The notes beneath the pieces were generated by a model. It was not told where the DNA came from, made no database searches, and saw only the letters and a list, made by a program, of their open reading frames with translations. From contig OZ244188.1 of NCBI GenBank assembly GCA_965216635.1, positions 2,176,001-2,240,000 on the forward strand: a DNA stretch of 64,000 bases, written 5' to 3'. Position 1 is the first letter of the stretch. Each line of letters opens with the position of its first letter. Position numbers and translations under genes: made by a program. The DNA is from a bacterium. Lineage in GTDB: Bacteria > SAR324 > XYD2-FULL-50-16 > G965216635. Of the stretch, positions 57,008 through 64,000 are shown one piece after another.

Positions 57008-57754
57008 ATGAAAAATAACATTGCTATTGAAATTGAAGATTTAACTGTATCTTATGCAGACAAACCTGCTTTGTGGGATGTGGATTTAGAAGTCATACAA
57101 GGTTCATTGTGTGCTATTATCGGTCCAAATGGGGCTGGAAAATCTACTCTTATTAAAGCTATTATTGGCCTTCTCAAACCTTTAGCGGGGAAAATACAAA
57201 TTCATAAACAAAATTTTAAAACACCGCAAAACACCATAGGTTATGTTCCTCAAAGACAGAGTATCAACTGGGATTTTCCTATCAATGTTTTAGATGTAGT
57301 TTTAATGGGTCTTTACAGAAAAATTGGCTGGTGTCGTTGGATAGATAAGCAAAATAAAAAATTGGCAATGGAATCCTTAGAAACAGTTGGAATGCACGAA
57401 AGTTATAAAACACAAATTTCTGACCTTTCTGGAGGGCAGCAGCAGAGAGTTTTTTTAGCTCGAGCTTTAGTGCAAGATCCCAATATTTTTTTGATGGATG
57501 AGCCTTTTCAAGGAGTAGATACAACCACTGAAAATACCATCATTAAAATTCTCCGATCCTTGAAGAAAAAAGGAAAAACAACTTTAGTCGTTCATCACGA
57601 TCTTCATAGCATTACGAAAAATTTTGACGATGTTATTATGCTCAATGTTCGTCTAATTGCTGCTGGCAAGGTAAAAAAAGTTTTTACAGAGAAAAACTTA
57701 AAACTAGCTTATGGAGGTAAAATTTCTTATCTGACCCCAGTAATTTTAAAATAG
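57008..57754 (+). CDS. Mn/Zn ABC transporter ATPase (TroB/MntB)
   Basis: GPNGAGKST, LSGGQQQR, DEPF, VHHDL. Confidence 0.93.
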   Translation: MKNNIAIEIEDLTVSYADKPALWDVDLEVIQGSLCAIIGPNGAGKSTLIKAIIGLLKPLAGKIQIHKQNFKTPQNTIGYVPQRQSINWDFPINVLDVVLMGLYRKIGWCRWIDKQNKKLAMESLETVGMHESYKTQISDLSGGQQQRVFLARALVQDPNIFLMDEPFQGVDTTTENTIIKILRSLKKKGKTTLVVHHDLHSITKNFDDVIMLNVRLIAAGKVKKVFTEKNLKLAYGGKISYLTPVILK

Positions 57755-57800
57755 GCAATTCTAAAATAGGCAATCCTCAAATTAGGTGATTCTCAAATAG
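57740..57800 (+). repeat. Degenerate 15-16-bp tandem repeat x4 of the ATPase gene 3' end
   Basis: gtaattttaaaatag gcaattctaaaatag gcaatcctcaaattag gtgattctcaaatag. Confidence 0.75.
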
Positions 57801-57813
57801 TAAATTTCAAACT

Positions 57814-58905
57814 ATGTTAAGTTTTGACTACACCACTTTTTATGTAATTCTAGGCTCCTCTTTGATAGGAGGGCTAAGTGGTATTATCAGCATTTATATT
57901 GTTTTCAGAGACCGTAGTCTCTTAGGCGATGTAATTGCTCACGCTGCTTTGCCGGGAATTGCTTTTGCATTTTTAATCACGCAACGTAAAGAAATTCTCT
58001 GGTTATTGGCTGGAGCTATCGTCTCTAGTCTCTTTTCTCTTTGGCTTATTCATAAAATCACCCAATACAAAAAAATCAAACTGGACGCTGCTTTTGCTGT
58101 TATTTTATCCGTTTTTTTTGGTTTGGGAGTTTTACTCATCAATTATTCACAAAAAATAGAAAGATTGGATACTGCAGGTGTAGAAATATTTCTTTTTGGA
58201 CAAGCAAGCAGCCTTATCCGTTCTGATATTATTTTGATTTCAATAATGAGTATCTTAATTATATCTGTGGTCGTCCTTTTTTGGAAAGAATTGAGATTTC
58301 TTAGTTTTGATCCAGAATATATGGCAATTCTCCAATTCCCTGTTCGTAAAATCAGTCTGCTTTTAGATATGCTTATTATTATTTCTATAGTCATTGGCTT
58401 AAAAACAGTAGGCGTTGTTTTGATGGCTGCTATGGTTATAGCGCCAGCAGCAGCGGCTAGACAATGGACCTCTTCTTATCTTCTGCTTGTTCTATTAGCC
58501 TCTCTTTTTGGCACCAGCGCCGGAGGTTTAGGAGCTTTGATGAGTAGTTTTTGGGTACAGACTCCAACAGGTCCAGCAATTATTATTGTGCTGATATTGA
58601 TAGTTTTTTTCTCTCTTTTTTTTGCCCCTCGCAAAGGGTTATTAGAAAAGTGGTTTCAGTATCGCAGCAGAAAACATCAATTTTTAGCAAAGTTGTTATT
58701 GCATAATCTTTACGCCCTGTCCTTGCAACATAAAAATTCTTTCCATGTCCATTCTGAGAAAGTTCTAAAAAACATGAGACAAAATCGTTCCATAAAATCG
58801 GAGCTATATTTGGCAAACAATTTAGGTTGGATTGCAAACGCTGGAAAAGAGCATTGGAGGCTAACTTCTAAAGGAGTGAAAGTAGCAAAACAAACTTTAA
58901 AATAA
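57814..58905 (+). CDS. Mn/Zn ABC transporter permease (TroC/MntC) with C-terminal winged-helix-like tail
   Basis: SLLGD..AHAALPG, LFGQA, P.AAARQW, LTSKG. Confidence 0.9.
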   Translation: MLSFDYTTFYVILGSSLIGGLSGIISIYIVFRDRSLLGDVIAHAALPGIAFAFLITQRKEILWLLAGAIVSSLFSLWLIHKITQYKKIKLDAAFAVILSVFFGLGVLLINYSQKIERLDTAGVEIFLFGQASSLIRSDIILISIMSILIISVVVLFWKELRFLSFDPEYMAILQFPVRKISLLLDMLIIISIVIGLKTVGVVLMAAMVIAPAAAARQWTSSYLLLVLLASLFGTSAGGLGALMSSFWVQTPTGPAIIIVLILIVFFSLFFAPRKGLLEKWFQYRSRKHQFLAKLLLHNLYALSLQHKNSFHVHSEKVLKNMRQNRSIKSELYLANNLGWIANAGKEHWRLTSKGVKVAKQTLK

Positions 58906-58920
58906 AACCATTGCAGTAGT

Positions 58921-58970
58921 GTTATGCGACGGCTAGGCAAGACGAAGCTTGTTTTGGCTAAAACAGAACA
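58921..58970. mobile_element. Internal remnant of family A element
   Basis: gttatgcgacggctaggcaag and aagcttgttttggctaaaacagaac match the reverse complement of blocks in 41142..41385. Confidence 0.6.
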
Positions 58971-58991
58971 CCAATACAAAAAATCCTAAAA

Positions 58992-60116
58992 ATGCCTGTT
59001 TTATTTCCCTTACCACTAGAAATAGAAACTCTTATTATCGCAGTTTTAGTTTCTACAAGCTGCTCAATCGTGGGCTCTTTCATTGTAGCCAAACGTATGT
59101 CTATGCTGAGCGATGGCATTAGCCACGCTATTTTACTGGGCATAGTGCTGACTTTTTTTGTTGTCAAAAATTTAGATTCTCCCCTATTGCTAATTGGGGC
59201 GGTTTTGAGTGGTATTATTTTAGTCTTGATTACAGAAGCCTTGCAATACTCCAAATTACTCAATCACGACACAGCTTTGGGATTAGTTTTTCCTTTCTTT
59301 TTTGGACTTGGAGTTCTCTTAATTGCCCGCTTTGCTAGTAAAGTCCACTTGGATATAGACGCCGTGATTTTAGGAGAATTAGCTTTTGCACCATTTCATC
59401 GCTTTGAAATTTTTGGTTACGATATAGGCTCCAAATCCCTAGTCTATATGATTCTGATTCTACTCTTAAATATTGCAATGGTGCTATTCTTTTTCAAAGA
59501 ATTTTTCTTGATTAGTTTTGACCAAGATTTAAGTTACATTTTGGGAATGAAACCAAGACTTTTGAGCTATGGTTTGGTTTTGATTCTATCTATTACCACT
59601 GTCGGTGCATTTGAAGCAGTAGGTTCTATTTTAGTCGTTGCTCTGTTGGTAGTGCCACCGGTGACTGCTATTATGCTAACCCAATCTATGAGAAAAATTC
59701 TTGCCGTATCTATTGCGATCAGCATTTTAATTTCTATTTTAGGTTTTTATATGGCTCTTTACTTTGATTTGATTATTTCTGGAATGATTAGCAGTCTGCT
59801 AGGTGCAGTATTTTTTCTGGTATTTTTATTCAATCCTCAAAATGGCTATTTTTCTCGTATCATTAAACAAAAAAAGAGAAAGATAGAAAATAATGTTTCC
59901 TTACTTTTAGTACATCTCTCGCAGCACGAAGGCACTAATAAACAGGTTCAAGAATGCCACAAAAATAATATATCAAAACATCTCTTTTGGAATTCTCAAT
60001 ATACCCAAAAAATCATCCTTATAACTATTCAAAAAAGGTTGGTTTATCTTAAAAAAGATATCCTCATCCTCAGTGAAAATGGAAAACAAAAAGCCAAAGA
60101 ACTCGCCGAATTTTAA
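58992..60116 (+). CDS. Mn/Zn ABC transporter permease (TroD/MntD)
   Basis: SMLSDGISHA.L.G, VHLDIDAVILGE, AFEAVGSILV. Confidence 0.9.
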   Translation: MPVLFPLPLEIETLIIAVLVSTSCSIVGSFIVAKRMSMLSDGISHAILLGIVLTFFVVKNLDSPLLLIGAVLSGIILVLITEALQYSKLLNHDTALGLVFPFFFGLGVLLIARFASKVHLDIDAVILGELAFAPFHRFEIFGYDIGSKSLVYMILILLLNIAMVLFFFKEFFLISFDQDLSYILGMKPRLLSYGLVLILSITTVGAFEAVGSILVVALLVVPPVTAIMLTQSMRKILAVSIAISILISILGFYMALYFDLIISGMISSLLGAVFFLVFLFNPQNGYFSRIIKQKKRKIENNVSLLLVHLSQHEGTNKQVQECHKNNISKHLFWNSQYTQKIILITIQKRLVYLKKDILILSENGKQKAKELAEF

Positions 60117-61395
60117 GACCTCTACGAGCAGTTCTCCAACTGCTAGAAAGGTTGAGTCAAAAGAGCTACAGCAAATTCAAGAGATAGCTTTTTATAACAT
60201 TTTTGAACCCTTTGAAATCAACGAGGCTCTAAAAATACTACAGTCCACCAGACAAAAAATAGAGACCTCCATTATCCAGCCAGCCTCTAAAAAAATAGAG
60301 CCTTACAAAAAAAGCTTCACTAAATTTAAAGACTATTTAAGCAAAAAAACAAGTAAAGTGAAATCCAAAATTTCACTCAATGATGCTTTTCAAAAAAAAT
60401 ATACTCAACTAGAAGAAAAATTCAAAAACAACATCGCCATTCAAACAGACAAAGCACTAACTAAAATTTTTGAACGCAACCTAACAAAAGAAATTTTACA
60501 AAAAAGTGAAAAAATTTTGCAACAACCTTTAAAAAGAATAGAGCAACTCCAACGACTAGAAAAAAAAGAAAGAGAGTTATTACTAGAAAAAATGTATCCT
60601 TATGATTTTGGTTTAACTGGTAAAATCAAAAAATCTATCAACCAAACCTTAAATATCGCACTCGGTTTGGTAGTAGCCACCAACATTCCTTTTACTGGGA
60701 TGCTAGTCAATGCAATCACCACACTAAGAACCACCATCTATTTGGCAAACAGAGTGCACCTACTTTCTATTCTCTACGGGAATCCAGTAATTTGCAAAGA
60801 AGCTCTTTTTGAAGTATCTACAAAAATTGTTAGCTCCGTTTGTGATTTTGAAAACAACCCCGAACACCAACCGCTAGCTCCACAGACTATAGCACAACTT
60901 TACCAACATACCCATCAGAACCAACTCTACCAACTACTCAAAGCAGCTACCATCAAAGACCTCTATATCTCCATTCCTTTCATAGGTGCGTTATCCCTCG
61001 CCAAAATTAGTATAGACGAACATAGCATCACCAAACTTAGCTTACAGCTATTCCGTAATTATTTCGCTTACCAAGAACTAGAAAAAAAAATAACCACAAC
61101 AACCTTAAAAAAAGAAATAGAATTTTGGCAGTGCATTTACAGCAACCAAAAAAAAAATCACCTTTTGCAAAAAATACTAGCTGAACTAGAAGCCAAGAAA
61201 ACAAAAAAAAGCTCGCAAAAAAAACTATGGGTGAAAAAAATATGGGAGGGAATTTGGAATCTCAATCCACAAGAAAAAGAAGTTTATTTTAGAATGCAAC
61301 AACAAGCCACAGAAATAGCAGAACAATTTCATACACAAAACAAAATCAGCAATATCTCTGAATTTGCTGACTTACACCTAAAAAAAAATACTTAA
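60073..61395 (+). CDS. Hypothetical protein (start uncertain)
   Basis: 440-aa ORF, Lys-rich helical N-terminus; no family recognised. Confidence 0.55.
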   Translation: MKMENKKPKNSPNFKTSTSSSPTARKVESKELQQIQEIAFYNIFEPFEINEALKILQSTRQKIETSIIQPASKKIEPYKKSFTKFKDYLSKKTSKVKSKISLNDAFQKKYTQLEEKFKNNIAIQTDKALTKIFERNLTKEILQKSEKILQQPLKRIEQLQRLEKKERELLLEKMYPYDFGLTGKIKKSINQTLNIALGLVVATNIPFTGMLVNAITTLRTTIYLANRVHLLSILYGNPVICKEALFEVSTKIVSSVCDFENNPEHQPLAPQTIAQLYQHTHQNQLYQLLKAATIKDLYISIPFIGALSLAKISIDEHSITKLSLQLFRNYFAYQELEKKITTTTLKKEIEFWQCIYSNQKKNHLLQKILAELEAKKTKKSSQKKLWVKKIWEGIWNLNPQEKEVYFRMQQQATEIAEQFHTQNKISNISEFADLHLKKNT

Positions 61396-61398
61396 AAC

Positions 61399-61800
61399 CA
61401 TCCTTTGCAATTTTTTAAAAAACGTTCTTTGCAATTTTCAAAAAAAAAAATAAAAAAAACGAATGCATTGAAGGGGACATTTTTTTAGCGGTAGATAAAA
61501 ATGTGTCCCCGTTCTTACAGAATATGTTTGAATGCGGGGACGTTATTTTTTGCTCCAAATGGTTGACTAAGCAACCATTTTGGAAAAAAAAACATCCCCT
61601 GCAATTTTTAAAAAAACGTTCTTTGCAATTTTTTAAAAAAAAATAAAAAGAACGAATGCATTGCAGGGGACATTTTTTTAGCGGTAGATAAAAATGTGTC
61701 CCCGTTCTTACAGAATATGTTTGAATGCGGGGACGTTATTTTTTGCTCCAAATGGTTGACTAAGCAACCATTTTGGAAAAAAAAACATCCCCTACAGATT
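61399..61800. repeat. Tandem duplication (unit about 193 bp) of REP-like palindromes downstream of an OMP gene
   Basis: ggggaca..tgtcccc and ggggacg..catcccc stems with inner ccaaatggttg-actaag-caaccattttgg; offset 193. Confidence 0.88.
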
Positions 61801-61811
61801 TTTAAAAGCCC

Positions 61812-62957
61812 TTAACGAAAGCGCCAGATGAAGTTAATATAAAAAGCAGAAGGAGATTTAACTCGGATTTCTGTGGTGGTTTTCGTCTCTTGTGCCCTCG
61901 TTCCTGTTTGGGTCTGTCTCACTAGAAATCTTCTTTCTCCAGTTGGCGGATTTTTTTTTAAGTAAGCTGCAGCCGCATTTTGCTCTTCAACTCCCATAGC
62001 CACGAAGAAGTCCTCTTGGCGAATGGCTTGTTGGTTTGCTTGTTGTTGTTGTTGCACTAGCAGCTCCGCATTCAGCAGCAGCAGATAACCTGCTTCAAAT
62101 CTTAAGTTTTTCCATAGAGAACTAGAAAACAAACCCAAATGGATCGCAGGAGCTGTTTTGGATTGCTTACCAATAGGAGTATCCAGTTGCATAGAGGCAA
62201 AACCTACTCCTACCGAAAAACCATAGGGCAATAAATAGTCAGCGAGCAACACCTGACTCTGCAGTTTATTCTCGCCATCACTTAAGTCGTAATGGCTGAA
62301 AGAAAATCCCCATTTTTCCAAGTTATAGCCGAGGTTTATACCAGAGCCAATCAATGTTTCTTCTGTTTTTGAGCCAGCAATAGGTGTTGTAGAAGCATTT
62401 TCTATGCTTTTGGAATCAAAATAATTCTTGCACCTTGAGGCATTGGCTATTCTCTCTGCTGTAGTCGCAAAAGATATATCTCCTGTTTCATCGGGGAAAT
62501 TATTAAAATTAGTGCCAGCAATACCAACAGTAAATTGCTGTATATTAAAGATAGCCCTAGAATTATTTCCTGCCTCTGCTATTTCTGCATCTCCTATAGA
62601 GTAGCCAGCAGACGAGGGAACATCAGTAATTAACTCATAGTTTCCTTTACAGAGTTCTACAATAGCGTAGACAGCTGATTTCTCTTGCTTAAAAATTTCA
62701 GGTAAATCGAGTCCAAAAGTAGCGTCGTATTCAATATTTGATATAGTGGTTCTATCAACTTCTGCTCTCTTGACTTCTTTTGTCAATGTAGCCCCCATTA
62801 CATAGGGAGAAACGCCTACATAAAAACCCATTTTTCTGGGCTCTTCTGTATCCTGCGCCCGCAGACTACCTACTCCCTGCATAAAAAAGAAAAATGCCGC
62901 TATAAATATTATAAGAGGCAAAACAACCACCTTCAATCCCATATTTAATTTTTTCAT
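61812..62957 (-). CDS. Variable outer-membrane beta-barrel protein (paralog family)
   Basis: Signal peptide, GFYVG, Cys-pair insert, barrel strands, ends INFIWRFR as in 63406. Confidence 0.75.
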   Translation of the reverse strand: MKKLNMGLKVVVLPLIIFIAAFFFFMQGVGSLRAQDTEEPRKMGFYVGVSPYVMGATLTKEVKRAEVDRTTISNIEYDATFGLDLPEIFKQEKSAVYAIVELCKGNYELITDVPSSAGYSIGDAEIAEAGNNSRAIFNIQQFTVGIAGTNFNNFPDETGDISFATTAERIANASRCKNYFDSKSIENASTTPIAGSKTEETLIGSGINLGYNLEKWGFSFSHYDLSDGENKLQSQVLLADYLLPYGFSVGVGFASMQLDTPIGKQSKTAPAIHLGLFSSSLWKNLRFEAGYLLLLNAELLVQQQQQANQQAIRQEDFFVAMGVEEQNAAAAYLKKNPPTGERRFLVRQTQTGTRAQETKTTTEIRVKSPSAFYINFIWRFR

Positions 62958-62995
62958 TATAGATTCTAGTTAAATTAAGAAGCCAAAAAGGCTAA

Positions 62996-63079
62996 ATTAG
63001 GTTCAAAACAAACCCTATTAGGTTCAAAACAAACCCTATTAGGTTCAAAACAAACCCTATTAGGTTCAAAACAAACCCT
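62996..63079. repeat. Perfect 21-bp VNTR x4 in the 5' leader of the OMP gene
   Basis: attaggttcaaaacaaaccct x4; extended -10-like TGcTATAGT on the minus strand at 63090..63098. Confidence 0.95.
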
Positions 63080-63176
63080 TATTAAGATAACTATAGCAAA
63101 AAAGAAAATAAATCAATCTTTTTTTTTGCTGTCTAGCTATTTTTTTTTGCTGGCTAGCTATTTTTTCTTTGTATGC

Positions 63177-63405
63177 TGGCGGGGACGCATTTTTTGCTTA
63201 TTCAAACATTTTGGAAAAAAAAAACATCCCCTGCAATTTTGTTTTTAGGTGGTTTTGGCGGGGACGCATTTTTTTCGTTAAAAAAAAACATCCCCTGCAA
63301 TTTTGTTTTTGGGTGGTTTTGGCGGGGACGCATTTTTTGCTCCAAATGGTTGACTAAGCAACCGTTTTGGAAAAAAAAACATCCCCTGCAGATTTTTAAA
63401 AGCCC
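63177..63405. repeat. Cluster of REP-like palindromes between OMP paralogs
   Basis: Three ggcggggacgcattttt...aaaaaacatcccctgca units; last one nearly identical to 61729..61811. Confidence 0.85.
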
Positions 63406-64000
63406 TTAACGAAAGCGCCAGATGAAATTTATTCTAAAGGCAGCTGGGTTTTTTATTTCCACTGATTTTGTGGTTGTTCTTTTGTATTCGCTTCTGGTTT
63501 GGGTTCGGGTGACAGTGGATCTGGCATTATATGAAGTACCATCCCGATTGTCAAGATTCAAACCAAAACGAGCTAAAGCTAAGTTGGGAATATTACCCTT
63601 AGGTAAATAAAACCCTATCACTCTGGTATCTGTTTGGGTGATTGGATCGTATGTTATGATTTCTTCTTTTTGCACGGAAATATCGGCTGAAATAAGCATA
63701 TAGCTCGCTTCTACAAAAAGATTTTTCCAGATAGGGTAATGGTAGCTCAAACTATAAACATTCGCTCTTTGTGATTTAAGTCCAGCACTAGAATCTAGCT
63801 TAACATTCGCCACTCCTATTCCCGCCGAAAAACCCTTAGCTATAAAATACTCTAGCAAAAGCACTTGGGAATCTAGCTTATCTGCACCAGCTGCCCAAGA
63901 GAAGTTGCTGAAAGAATATCTATAGTCGCCGTCTCTGTAGCCCACTTGAAAGCCGTTGCCCGCTAGAGCTTTTCCATTGCTGGTTTCTGAAGAGCCAGCA
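63406..64000 (-). CDS. Variable outer-membrane beta-barrel paralog, 5'-truncated by window end
   Basis: Frame stays open to the window edge (AGSSETSNGKALAGNGFQVGYR); KL.SQVLL, WKNL, INFIWRFR shared with 61812..62957. Confidence 0.8.
   Translation of the reverse strand, partial: AGSSETSNGKALAGNGFQVGYRDGDYRYSFSNFSWAAGADKLDSQVLLLEYFIAKGFSAGIGVANVKLDSSAGLKSQRANVYSLSYHYPIWKNLFVEASYMLISADISVQKEEIITYDPITQTDTRVIGFYLPKGNIPNLALARFGLNLDNRDGTSYNARSTVTRTQTRSEYKRTTTKSVEIKNPAAFRINFIWRFR

Noticed and set aside
62996..63079. CRISPR array
   Set aside because: Repeats are contiguous with no spacers and no cas genes; it is a VNTR.
63169..63409. Two short plus-strand ORFs
   Set aside because: Translations of the REP-like repeat cluster.

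Overview
Low-GC, poly-A-rich bacterial chromosome segment; the taxon cannot be determined from the sequence. Housekeeping genes (prpDBC, clpP, upp, lipA, TRAP dctPQM, leuCD, ung, hemC, Mn/Zn ABC transporter) are interleaved with accessory DNA. (1) Two near-identical DNA methyltransferase genes fused to a T5orf172/GIY-YIG-like domain. (2) A 12-kb type I restriction-modification locus in which a HEPN (RX4HXY) gene precedes an MNT nucleotidyltransferase fused in frame to HsdS, followed by cargo genes, remnants of alternative hsdS and Bro-N alleles, and duplicated gene starts. (3) A Panacea (DUF4065) toxin-antitoxin-like pair inside the prp operon. (4) Five tandem DUF1640/Bdr-like coiled-coil genes between leuC and leuD with 3, 5, 7, 6 and 8 eleven-residue repeats. 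(5) A Sul1/Sul3-like dihydropteroate synthase and a FabMG-like enoyl-ACP reductase. (6) Three paralogous variable outer-membrane beta-barrel genes with associated palindromic repeats and a VNTR. (7) Two families of non-autonomous palindromic MITE-like elements with interchangeable internal hairpins, one carrying a 25-bp exact copy of the Bro-N gene. Short stutter duplications at gene boundaries are common. No rRNA, tRNA, CRISPR array, transposase, integrase or reverse transcriptase was recognised. All family assignments come from motif recognition by eye, not from database searches.
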